Source of the DNA: an archaeon
GTDB taxonomy: Archaea > Asgardarchaeota > Heimdallarchaeia > Heimdallarchaeales > JAJRWK01
DNA length: 64,000 nt
NCBI GenBank assembly: GCA_024276795.1
Contig: JAJRWK010000103.1
Span: forward strand, 1,110 to 65,109
Direction of reading: 5' to 3'
Under the pieces are notes generated by a model. The model worked only from the letters and a program-made list of their open reading frames with translations, did not search any database and was not told where the DNA came from. Shown piece by piece: positions 46,928 to 56,304 of this stretch; the stretch's first letter is position 1, and every line of letters starts with the position of its first letter. Made by a program: the position numbers and the translations under genes.

Positions 46928-47557
46928 CTAGACAAGATATTTTACGAGAATTATGTTGATGCGCTCTGCTATGGACTCAATTTTATCTTGTAGCTCTCTA
47001 ATCCGAGAACTAAGTTCGTCGAAAGCAAAGTATTCTTTCCAATCAGCCGTACTACCAAAATGTTTCTTCTTGAGAGCATAGATCTTTTCGCGATTCATGT
47101 CTCTTTTTCTTTCAATTTCATTTAGATGCTCTCTTGTCTCCTCAAATGACGTGAAAAGAGAAAGCAATGCAGTAGAAGCAATTTGAGTAATCTCTTCAAC
47201 TGGGGAAAGAATCGTTTTCAAATCGTCAAGAGCTTCCTGTGAAAGTGAGCTATGATAAACTTCTGTGTTTCTCGCAATTCTTTCAACTTGATCCATTGCA
47301 CCATCGATCTTCCACATGATCTGCAAGCGATCAGAAATCAGCGCAGGCGCAATTTTAGCCTTTAGAATAAGACTGGCAAATTCCGCCTTAATCGTGTCTA
47401 CTTCTTCCTCGATCGCATACACTTTAACCAGTGTTTCAGGAGAATCAAGACCCGCAGATAATGCTTGAACTCCAGTCAATAACAATTCTGCAGCCTTTTC
47501 ATAAGCAGCCTTAGTTAATTCATTTGCATCCTTATAATCTCTCAACATGATATTCAC
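46928..47557 (-). CDS. PhoU-related (DUF47-type) phosphate-transport regulator
   Basis: It is an all-helical protein of about 209 aa, sitting 1 nt downstream of and co-oriented with the PiT gene, which is the usual pairing. Confidence 0.65.
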   Translation of the reverse strand: MNIMLRDYKDANELTKAAYEKAAELLLTGVQALSAGLDSPETLVKVYAIEEEVDTIKAEFASLILKAKIAPALISDRLQIMWKIDGAMDQVERIARNTEVYHSSLSQEALDDLKTILSPVEEITQIASTALLSLFTSFEETREHLNEIERKRDMNREKIYALKKKHFGSTADWKEYFAFDELSSRIRELQDKIESIAERINIILVKYLV

Positions 47558-47558
47558 C

Positions 47559-48575
47559 TTACAAAAATTGATTTAATACAAAATAAGAAAAAATGGAAAT
47601 AATCCCCGCCAGAGGAGGTGTGGTAAACGCTGAAAAAGCGATTTTCTTCACAGTGTCGTAGTTCACGGCCGTCTTTGAAGCAACACCAACACCTACAAAG
47701 CTTGCAACTAAAATATGAGTCCCAGAAACGGGAATCCCCAGAAACGCAGCAGTAAACGTAACAAGAGCAGTGCTCACCTGGACACTCAAAGCAGTCGCAG
47801 GAGTCAAAGACACGACTTCGGCGCTAAGGGTCTTAATAACTCGGCGACCAAGAATCCCGAGCCCGATACCCATTCCGATGCCACCAAGGAGAAGAGGAAA
47901 AAGCGGGAAATCAGAATCAGCAAATGCAGGCAACAACGGAGCCACAGCATTAGAAACATCATTACCTGCACGACTAATACTTGTTATACAAACAAAAACC
48001 AACAACAAGTTAGCAAAAATTCCCTCAACTCTTTGCTCATCCTCCAAGTTCTTCACTCGACTCCGTTTTATTCTAGAAACAGCATGGTACACAACATAGG
48101 CTCCAGCGAAGCCAAGCAACGGGCTAATAAACCAAGACATGAAGACCCTACTAACGCTCCACCAATTTACGACACCAGCACCATCGATGTAAACTGCAAT
48201 AAAAGTAACAGCACCCACCATCGCGTGCGTTGTACTTACGGGAAGACCAAAATAGGACGCCAGCAGAAGAGTAAAAGCAACTGCAACAAGGATGCTGAGA
48301 ACGAGAGTGGCATTTCCAGCAAAATCTACGTCAGCCAAGTCATTGCTGATGGTCTCTGAAACATTCCGGCCCAAGGTTAAAGATCCGATCAAGATCAATA
48401 CTGCACCCAAAACAACAGCCTGATTAACAGTTAAGCGACGAGCACCGACAACAGCAGCAAACGTCTCATCATTACTTCCAACAGCAATAGCGAGAGCGGC
48501 AGAAACAATAACAGTGAACAATAGAAGGCTCATTGGCAATGACTTAAAGGGTAAAAAATATTTGAAACTTGCCAT
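47559..48575 (-). CDS. pit: inorganic phosphate transporter, PiT family
   Basis: Duplicated PiT signatures are present (GSNDETFAAVVGAR near the N-terminus and RAGNDVSNAVAPL in the second half), with about 10 TM helices. Confidence 0.88.
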   Translation of the reverse strand: MASFKYFLPFKSLPMSLLLFTVIVSAALAIAVGSNDETFAAVVGARRLTVNQAVVLGAVLILIGSLTLGRNVSETISNDLADVDFAGNATLVLSILVAVAFTLLLASYFGLPVSTTHAMVGAVTFIAVYIDGAGVVNWWSVSRVFMSWFISPLLGFAGAYVVYHAVSRIKRSRVKNLEDEQRVEGIFANLLLVFVCITSISRAGNDVSNAVAPLLPAFADSDFPLFPLLLGGIGMGIGLGILGRRVIKTLSAEVVSLTPATALSVQVSTALVTFTAAFLGIPVSGTHILVASFVGVGVASKTAVNYDTVKKIAFSAFTTPPLAGIISIFSYFVLNQFL

Positions 48576-48603
48576 CCAACGTTGGACACAATTATTATGA
48601 AAA

Positions 48604-49377
48604 TTAGCGAAGACAAGTCAAGAATCGACCACCATCGATACTTACGGTATTTCCAGTGATCCATCCCGCTTTCTCACTAGCAAGAAAGAAGATCAACTCT
48701 GCAATTTCTTCCGGTTCGCCGACACGACCTAGTGGATGGGTCATTTTGCTATGTTCTAGAAACGCTTGATATCGCTCTTCATCCATACCAGATCGACGAT
48801 GGAGCTCCGTACGAACCACACCAGGGTTAACAGCATTCACACGAATTCCTTTTGTAGCAAGTTCCAAAGCAGCAATCCGAGTTATCTGATCAACAGCAGC
48901 CTTACTAACGCCATAAGCAAAAATACCAGGAAATGAACGGATCCCAGCAACGCTCGAAACATTAACAATAGAACCCTTAGTTTTTTCCAAGAAAGGAATC
49001 AATGCTTGACTAATCAAAAACAAAGAATCAACGTTTACAGCCATCATTGAGCGGAAATCCTCATAAGAAGTGTTCTCAATAGTCCCGCTCTGAATAATTC
49101 CTGCGTTATTGACTAATACGTCAACACGTCCAAATTCGTTTTCAACAACTGAACGAATTTTTCCAGCAATTTGTTTGGGGAATAGCAGATCTCCAGTTAA
49201 AGGAACCACCTTGACACCAAACTGAAACGAAAAATCTCTTGAAAGTTCATTAAGTGCGGGCTCATTTCTCCCGACTAGCAAAAGATCGAATTTTTCGTCT
49301 GCAAACCGCCTTGCAGTTGCTTTCCCAATACCAGATGATGCGCCGGTAATAACCGCAACATTTCCAGAAAAAGCCAT
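48604..49377 (-). CDS. short-chain dehydrogenase/reductase (FabG-like)
   Basis: TGASSGIGKA, NNAG and the catalytic Y..SK (YGVSKAA) are present. Confidence 0.9.
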   Translation of the reverse strand: MAFSGNVAVITGASSGIGKATARRFADEKFDLLLVGRNEPALNELSRDFSFQFGVKVVPLTGDLLFPKQIAGKIRSVVENEFGRVDVLVNNAGIIQSGTIENTSYEDFRSMMAVNVDSLFLISQALIPFLEKTKGSIVNVSSVAGIRSFPGIFAYGVSKAAVDQITRIAALELATKGIRVNAVNPGVVRTELHRRSGMDEERYQAFLEHSKMTHPLGRVGEPEEIAELIFFLASEKAGWITGNTVSIDGGRFLTCLR

Positions 49378-49408
49378 GAGACAATACCTTCATTTTCGCT
49401 TATGATTT

Positions 49409-49696
49409 TTGTCCACAGAAAAAACACCCGTAAACTCTAAATTCAATAACACCCACCTATTTTTTAGAAGCCATAGGCTTCCATTATCTTCAAACGAGGT
49501 TTATCGAATGACACGAGATTATTCCGCGAAGAAGATACGCGATTTTCGAAAGGGAAGAATTAACAACTACATGGAAGACGACCTTGACTGGGACACAATT
49601 GAACGAAAAATGGATCGGGCCTTCAGAAAACAAAAAAGACGCATAAGCCGCACAAGAAAACACCATGACCGAAAATGGTTCAAAGAAGAGCTCTAA
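49409..49696 (+). CDS. hypothetical basic protein (TTG start listed; ATG at 49508 possible)
   Basis: ORF only; the C-terminus is Lys/Arg-rich. Confidence 0.25.
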   Translation: MSTEKTPVNSKFNNTHLFFRSHRLPLSSNEVYRMTRDYSAKKIRDFRKGRINNYMEDDLDWDTIERKMDRAFRKQKRRISRTRKHHDRKWFKEEL

Positions 49697-49726
49697 GAAC
49701 CAATGCGGACGAAAACAAAGCTGAGT

Positions 49727-50404
49727 TCACAGAATTTTATGATCACGCCGAATAGGTCTTTCTTGAGACGCAAAGCGTTCTTCTCTCCATGGATCGCCAT
49801 TTTGATGATAACCGCGAGATTCCCAAAAACCACGTTCCCAGACATCCTTAAAATGAATCTTGGTAACCCACTTCACGGATTTCCAGAAATACAAATGTGG
49901 AACTAGAAGACGCAATGGCCCACCATGATCAGGATGTAGCGGCTTACCTCCGTGCTCATATGCCAACAAAACCCCGTCCTCGTCCAAATAACCACCATAG
50001 AGAGGCAAAGCGGAAGTGTACCCACTCTTCGCTTCGAATGTGACAAATTGTGCCTCAGGCAAGGGTTTGACAAGATCAACAATTGTCTTGAATGATACGC
50101 CACAAAAGGTCTGATCCAAAAGACTCCAAGTAGTAACACAATGAATATCAGTCGTAACCTCGGTCTTTGGAAGCGCAAGAAATTCTTCCCAAGACCATGT
50201 TACAGGATTTTCAACCAGTCCCAAAACCTCAACATTCCAGTTTTTTCCATCAAAGTGGGGAGTACGTTCAACAGAGAGAACGGGCCATCGTTTCGCAAGA
50301 TATTGGCCGGGAGGAATCCTATGCCTCTTACGAATCTCTTTAGGTGAGGGAGGAACATAAACACTAGGGTCAACAATGGGATTTTCGCCGTCAAAAGGAT
50401 CCAT
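49727..50404 (-). CDS. sulfite-oxidase-family molybdopterin oxidoreductase (YedY/MsrP-like catalytic domain)
   Basis: DIHCVTTWSLLDQTFCGVSF and HGGPLRLLVPHLYFWKSVKWV are typical of the Moco-binding domain. Confidence 0.8.
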   Translation of the reverse strand: MDPFDGENPIVDPSVYVPPSPKEIRKRHRIPPGQYLAKRWPVLSVERTPHFDGKNWNVEVLGLVENPVTWSWEEFLALPKTEVTTDIHCVTTWSLLDQTFCGVSFKTIVDLVKPLPEAQFVTFEAKSGYTSALPLYGGYLDEDGVLLAYEHGGKPLHPDHGGPLRLLVPHLYFWKSVKWVTKIHFKDVWERGFWESRGYHQNGDPWREERFASQERPIRRDHKIL

Positions 50405-50529
50405 AGTGAGAAATCAGAAAGAGATTACAAAAAAATTTGCACCTTTTCAAGTCAACGCAAAATCGAGCAAAGGTTAATCTGTGAGAAATCTAATTTTCAC
50501 ATAGAAAAGCCAGCGCGTGAAGACGAGAC

Positions 50530-51399
50530 ATGCCAAGGAAAAAACCCGCTTCAGAACCAAGCAAGATCGAGGAAATCCTCTCACCTCTAAGCAACCCCAT
50601 GAGAGTAACGATTCTTAAAATAATAGGGCAAAATGAACCAATCACGTATTCAAAAATCCTCGAACAAACAGGTCTTGAAAGCGGAAGTTTCTACTGGCAT
50701 GTTTCAAAAATGCCTCAACTCATCCAACAAGACGAGCAAAAAAAATATAGACTCACTGCAAAGGGAAGAGCAGCATATCAATTGATAGTAGACCAATCAG
50801 CCTTAGAACCACCACATGAAGAGGGTCCATATCAAGCATTATTCAACATTCTTGGCAAACTTTTGTTTAATATCTCACCGGTGAGAGGGATAATTGAGAT
50901 ATCACTACTTCTGTTCCTCTGGGGATACCTACTCAGCCAAGCGCGAGCACTGCAAGTCCTCACGATAACAGAAATTTACGAAGAACCACCAATAGAACTT
51001 TCGTGGATGACTCCACTAATAAGCATAACCCTAATGCTCCTGCTCTCATGGGTAACGACAATATTTCTGGCAGTAACGGGGATAATCAGAATACCCGTAA
51101 GAAGAATAAAGAAAAAAATACGGTCAATGGAAGCTAATGTCTGGATACTATTTTCCTTCACACCCTTAATCATGCCAAGTTTTGTAATCTCACTTCAAGA
51201 AACAACAAACATCGCTACTCTTCAGTTAATCACAGCAATTGCGTCGTTCATTGCATCAATCCTTGTCATTTTGTTCCATACTGCGGCAATAAAATACTCG
51301 TTCAACATTTCAAGCACGGACTCATTCATAGTAACGCTCACTCTAGGATATGTCATCCTTGCCTTGGCCTATTCAGCGCAAACAATTATCCCATATTGA
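50530..51399 (+). CDS. ArsR-type wHTH fused to a polytopic membrane domain
   Basis: The N-terminal LSNPMRVTILKIIGQNEPITYSKILEQTGLESGSFYWHVSKM is a wHTH. About 5 TM helices follow. Confidence 0.55.
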   Translation: MPRKKPASEPSKIEEILSPLSNPMRVTILKIIGQNEPITYSKILEQTGLESGSFYWHVSKMPQLIQQDEQKKYRLTAKGRAAYQLIVDQSALEPPHEEGPYQALFNILGKLLFNISPVRGIIEISLLLFLWGYLLSQARALQVLTITEIYEEPPIELSWMTPLISITLMLLLSWVTTIFLAVTGIIRIPVRRIKKKIRSMEANVWILFSFTPLIMPSFVISLQETTNIATLQLITAIASFIASILVILFHTAAIKYSFNISSTDSFIVTLTLGYVILALAYSAQTIIPY

Positions 51400-51494
51400 A
51401 TAATAACAGACAAACACAGAGGAAATTCACTCAATAAACCAAGAAGTCAGCATAATCTTTAAGCCCAGCAAGCAAATCAGTACACGAAAAAACA

Positions 51495-52733
51495 ATGCCC
51501 GAGAAAAAAACAACAATTGAACACTATATTATCCCGTTCCCAAGAGACACAAGCAAAAGAGTAACAATCATCGGTGCAGGAATAATAGGCACAAGTATCG
51601 CGAGGCAATTACTCCTCGACAATCCAGATCTAGAAATTATCCTTCTAGAAAAGGAACCAGAACTGGGATATCACCAAAGCGGAAGAAATAGTGGCGTATT
51701 ACACTCAGGCATTAATCAAAAACCAGGAAGCCTAAAGGCAAGATTTGCAATCGAAGGGAATAGGCTCATAAGAGAATACTCCAAAAAACACGGAGTAAAA
51801 TTCGAACAATGCGGAACCATCGTAATCGCACGAAACAAGAAAGAAGAAAAAATCATCAAAACCCTCTATGAATGGGGAAACAAAGCAGGAGTCCCAGAAT
51901 TACAACTGCTAAATAGAAGAGAACTCCTCGAATACGAACCCTATGCCCAAGGATACATGGCGCTAAGATCACCCACGGGATCAATAATAGACAGTGAAGG
52001 CTTACTCAAACAAGTAGGAAAAGAGGCGATAAAACTAGGAACAAAACTCATCTTTGCAACAACAGTAAAAGGAGTCCAAGATGGAAGAATATTAACCAAC
52101 CGTGGCAGATTTGACCCGGGATTCCTTATCAACAGTGCGGGCCTATACGCAGACAAAATTGCCCACACCATGGAAATAGGAAAACGATATACCATCATAC
52201 CGTTCAGAGGAGACTACTACGAAGTCGAAGGAATCACGGTAAATTCAATGATATACCAACCACCAGACCTTAACTTCCCATTCTTAGGAGTCCACCTAAC
52301 AAAAGGAATAAACGGAGGAGTACACGCCGGACCAACAGCAACCCTAAGTTTTGGAAGAGAAGAATACAACAAAGGAATAAATATCAAAGAAAGCATTGAA
52401 ATGGTATTCACTCCCAATTTCTGGAGAATGGTCATGAGCAAAGAATTCATCAATCTGCTCAAAAACAACGCCAGAACCTCTTTCATTCCTAGAGTATTTC
52501 TTGAACAAATCAAATCAATAACAACCCAAGAAGTGACGTTGGACGACCTAAAGCCGTTCAGATCAGGAATAAGAGCACAAGTAGTTGACTTTACCGGAAA
52601 ACTTGTGAAAGAATTCCTCATCAAAGTCGAACAAAACCGGATAAACATCATTAACGCTGTTTCTCCCGGATTCACATCGAGCTTCGCATTCGCAAAACAC
52701 ATCTCAAGGATAGTAAATACAAGAATCAAGTAA
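51495..52733 (+). CDS. lhgO: FAD-dependent L-2-hydroxyglutarate oxidase-like dehydrogenase
   Basis: The dinucleotide fold IIGAGIIGTSIA and YHQSGRNSGVLHSGINQKPGSLKA are typical of LhgO. Confidence 0.78.
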   Translation: MPEKKTTIEHYIIPFPRDTSKRVTIIGAGIIGTSIARQLLLDNPDLEIILLEKEPELGYHQSGRNSGVLHSGINQKPGSLKARFAIEGNRLIREYSKKHGVKFEQCGTIVIARNKKEEKIIKTLYEWGNKAGVPELQLLNRRELLEYEPYAQGYMALRSPTGSIIDSEGLLKQVGKEAIKLGTKLIFATTVKGVQDGRILTNRGRFDPGFLINSAGLYADKIAHTMEIGKRYTIIPFRGDYYEVEGITVNSMIYQPPDLNFPFLGVHLTKGINGGVHAGPTATLSFGREEYNKGINIKESIEMVFTPNFWRMVMSKEFINLLKNNARTSFIPRVFLEQIKSITTQEVTLDDLKPFRSGIRAQVVDFTGKLVKEFLIKVEQNRINIINAVSPGFTSSFAFAKHISRIVNTRIK

Positions 52734-52821
52734 TCAAGGCAAAGAACAGCTTCAAAAACAACAAACAAGCATGTTTCCCTGAGAAGAAACCTATAAGTGA
52801 AGTAATACGTTAGTCCACTCA

Positions 52822-54453
52822 ATGAGCTTCGGACTTTTTCAAATCGAAATGCCCCGAAATGAACCCGTTCTGAGCTATGCACCACAAAGCCCAGAACGAG
52901 CCGAAATTAAAGCAAGACTCAAGGAACTCAAGAACAAAACACTAGAAATACCCGTCATTATCGGAGAAAAAGAGCACTTCACAGAAGAGACCATCGACAT
53001 CGTCATGCCACATAATCACCATCATGTTCTTGCAAAGGCACACCTTGCGTCGAAAGAACTTCTAAAAGAAGCCATAGAGGTAGCCTTAGAAGCAAAAAAA
53101 GAATATCTCGAGTTTCCATGGGAAGAAAGAGCAGCCATATTCATGAAAGCAGCAGAACTCCTCAGCACTACGTGGAGAGCAACGCTAAACGCGGCAACAA
53201 TGCTAGGAGTTAGCAAAACGATCCACCAAGCCGAAATTGACAGCGCCGCAGAACTCATCGACATGCTAAGATTCAACACTTATTGGATGCATGAAATCTA
53301 TAAACAACAACCAATCAGCTCAAAAGGAGTCTGGAATAGGCTCGAATATAGGCCTCTGGATGGATTTGTTCTTGCTATCACTCCCTTTAATTTCACAAGT
53401 ATCGCGGGAAATCTGCCCTCATCACCAGCGATCATGGGAAATGTCGGTTTATGGAAACCAGCGTCAAGTGCATTATACCCCGCATACTATATCATGAAAC
53501 TATTTCAAGCCGCAGGAGTACCACCCGGCGTTATCAACTTCCTCCCAGCAAGAGGATACGACATTAGTGAAATTGTTGTAAGACATCCGGATCTTGGAGG
53601 AGTACACTTCACAGGAAGCACAAAAACCTTCCAATACATTTGGAAAACCGTTGGAGAAAACATCGCAACCTACAACCAATACCCAAGACTCGTAGGAGAA
53701 ACCGGAGGAAAAGACTTCGTTTTCGCACACAATTCTTCAGACATCAATGCCCTCGCCACCGCCCTCATCAGGGGAGCATACGAATACCAAGGACAAAAAT
53801 GCTCAGCAGCATCACGAGCATACGTCCCAAAATCCATTTGGGAACCGCTCAAGGAAAAACTCATCACAGAACTCAAAACCATAAAAGTCGGAGATCCAGA
53901 AGACTTTACAAACTTCATGATCGCAGTCATAGACAAAGCATCATTTGGCAAAATCGCCCAATACATAGAGCACGCCAAGCAAGACGAAACCTACGAAATC
54001 ATCTACGGAGGCAACTACGACGACACCACGGGCTACTTCATAGACCCAACAATCATCCTCAGCAAAGACCCGTACTCCAAACTCATGAAAGAAGAAATCT
54101 TCGGACCCGTCCTCACAATATACGTCTATGAAGATGAAAAATACATTCAAACACTTGAAATCTGCGACAAAACCGCAGGATACGGACTCACAGGTGCAGT
54201 CTTCGCAAACGACAGAAAAGCACTACTCATCGCAGAAAAAATCCTGCGATTCACAGCAGGAAACTACTACAGAAACGACAAACCAACAGGAGCAGTCATT
54301 GCACAACAACCATTCGGTGGCTCAAGAGCATCAGGAACAAATGACAAAGCCGGGTCCTACCAAAACCTACTACGATGGACATCAGTCAGAGCCATCAAAG
54401 AAAACCTAACCCCACCAACCGATTACAGATATGATTTCATGAAAGAGCCCTAA
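52822..54453 (+). CDS. pruA: L-glutamate gamma-semialdehyde (1-pyrroline-5-carboxylate) dehydrogenase, long ALDH4-type
   Basis: The ALDH core is present, with FTGSTKTF, GETGGKDF and the catalytic EYQGQKCSA. The roughly 543-aa length fits PruA/ALDH4A1-type enzymes. Confidence 0.85.
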   Translation: MSFGLFQIEMPRNEPVLSYAPQSPERAEIKARLKELKNKTLEIPVIIGEKEHFTEETIDIVMPHNHHHVLAKAHLASKELLKEAIEVALEAKKEYLEFPWEERAAIFMKAAELLSTTWRATLNAATMLGVSKTIHQAEIDSAAELIDMLRFNTYWMHEIYKQQPISSKGVWNRLEYRPLDGFVLAITPFNFTSIAGNLPSSPAIMGNVGLWKPASSALYPAYYIMKLFQAAGVPPGVINFLPARGYDISEIVVRHPDLGGVHFTGSTKTFQYIWKTVGENIATYNQYPRLVGETGGKDFVFAHNSSDINALATALIRGAYEYQGQKCSAASRAYVPKSIWEPLKEKLITELKTIKVGDPEDFTNFMIAVIDKASFGKIAQYIEHAKQDETYEIIYGGNYDDTTGYFIDPTIILSKDPYSKLMKEEIFGPVLTIYVYEDEKYIQTLEICDKTAGYGLTGAVFANDRKALLIAEKILRFTAGNYYRNDKPTGAVIAQQPFGGSRASGTNDKAGSYQNLLRWTSVRAIKENLTPPTDYRYDFMKEP

Positions 54454-54738
54454 GCAAGACTTGAAGAATGCAAGAAGCGCAAGGATCAGGATAACATGTT
54501 TATAGCTATGAACAACCACGTTCCCATTTAGAGACAAAATCATCGTAGACATCTCGAACAACATGAACTATCCACATTAAGAGCCTTGAATATCTGGATC
54601 ACTTTTATCTTCTTTATCCCCCATTGAATTCCTCAAAGGATCGAGTAGCCAGGAGTCTTGGAAGAAAGTAACAAGCTGGAATCCCTTGCAATCGAAGAGT
54701 ACAAGAAATGCTAAGAAGGAAAAACATGTTAGCACAGA

Positions 54739-55724
54739 TTAGGAACACACCCAGACGAGCGAGTGGGAAGTATCATCTATTTGCTTGACTACAAACCCCG
54801 CGTCTTCTAACCTTTTTCTTAGATAATCTGGTCTATGAATGTGTCTTCTTGTGAGAAAGATTCTTTGCTCACTAAAGATGTGAAGAGTCTCTGTCCAGTA
54901 ACCACCAACGTACTTAAACGGGCCAAGTGTCACATACTTTACTTCCAAGCCAAGCTCAGAGATCGTCTCTGTGTCGGTTGAGAGAATTCGAACATCACCT
55001 TCGAGTGGCCGATAATGATGCGTAGTGAAAATCAAGTTACTGCAGAGACTACGGAGTTTACTAAGCAATTGTGGGAGAGAAACATGCAAAAAGCTGGGAA
55101 AAGTATTCATTGGGAGAAAAATGACATCAAATTTTTCCTTCAAACTCGTAGGTATAAATATCTCCGATGATAATATTATACCCCACCAAGAAACTTTTCT
55201 TGATAATTGTCAAAATATGGGCAAATTTCAATTCCTATTACATCTGCATCGGATAATACATAAGTTAACTTGCGAAGAATTCGACCATACTCAGAGCCGA
55301 TCTCAAGCATACGTGACGGGGAAAAATCAATTACATACGGTAACTCAGGGTCAAAGCGATCAATATATCGTGTCGAAAACGCCGAGACCAGAATACGTCT
55401 GCCCAAGTTTTGGAGAGGTGAAAGTTGTGATCGATTCCGCTAGGATCGATTCCTAGAGAAGCAATGAGTTTTTCTGATTCCACAATTACCCACTTAAGAA
55501 ATCTGTCAGCAGTACTTAAGCATTCATAATTCAAGCAGTGTCTCTATAATTGACTGCAAACTATCCAATGAAACCGTTTTAAACCAACAAAGCTTACAAC
55601 CATCTGCAATAACCGTCTCATTGATTTTTTCTAAATAACAAACATTCACTATTTCGATTTTGACACATGGCATTCTTGACCAGTTTATTTCAAAGAAAGG
55701 AGCGGACATATTTAGCACAAACAC
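54739..55724 (-). pseudogene. SAM-dependent methyltransferase broken into four ORF fragments in three frames
   Basis: The minus-strand fragments are 55524..55724 (frame 2), 55331..55534 (frame 1), 55176..55406 (frame 2, motif I MLEIGSEYGRILRKL..VIGIE) and 54739..55143 (frame 0, FDVIFLPMN). The order and content fit one gene of about 330 aa carrying at least 3 frameshifts. Confidence 0.5.
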
Positions 55725-56001
55725 GAAATATACTAATCTGAAGAGTTAAACCCTTTCTGGAAACGAATTGCTATAAATAAATCATCTTCAGCATTCCTCT
55801 TTTTTACAGATCAATATGAGCTGTTTGCAAATAGTTCCCCACTAAACGCAAAAAAACACTTCACCCTTTATAAAAGCACAGACAAAAAGTTGCGCATTAC
55901 GGCAACTAAACGCAAAAAACCGTGAAAGTCACAAAAAATTGAGTTCGAGCGATAGAGCTAGAGAAATGGGGAGGAGAGGTAATAACACACTAGCGAGACA
56001 A

Positions 56002-56154
56002 TTAATGTTTATGAGAGGAGTGGGATTGTTCTCCCATTGATTTCATTTCATGGCCTGAATGTTCGTGTTTGTCCCCATGACCGCAACCACAGTCATGTGA
56101 TCCGTGTTTTTCTTTATGATTATCGTGCTTTTTCTCATCTTTACAGCAATCCAT
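56002..56154 (-). CDS. His/Cys-rich 50-aa peptide (putative metal-binding), not in the ORF track
   Basis: My own translation of the minus strand gives MDCCKDEKKHDNHKEKHGSHDCGCGHGDKHEHSGHEMKSMGEQSHSSHKH*, with 13 His and 4 Cys in 50 residues. An A/T-rich box lies about 30 nt upstream of the ATG. Confidence 0.5.
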   Translation of the reverse strand: MDCCKDEKKHDNHKEKHGSHDCGCGHGDKHEHSGHEMKSMGEQSHSSHKH

Positions 56155-56304
56155 GCGATCACCAATCCCGGACTACCAGACAAGATATATCATATTTTCG
56201 ATATGTCGTGAAAAAATATAATCGAAAATCCCCAAGAAAAAAAGATAAAATGGAAAAAACAACTCCAAAAAGACTAGAAGGTCAAAAAAACAAGAGCTTG
56301 GCGT

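Noticed and set aside
47715-48359. A 214-aa plus-strand ORF inside the PiT transporter gene.
   Set aside because: It is antisense to a transporter with duplicated PiT signatures. Its product is a hydrophilic low-complexity sequence typical of the reverse strand of membrane-protein genes.
52217-52885. A 222-aa minus-strand ORF overlapping the lhgO-like gene and the start of the P5CDH gene.
   Set aside because: It is antisense to two well-supported plus-strand genes and has no motif.
53640-54131. A 163-aa Arg/His-rich alternate-frame ORF inside the P5CDH gene.
   Set aside because: It is an out-of-frame reading of an A/C-rich gene. The main frame has the complete ALDH catalytic motifs.
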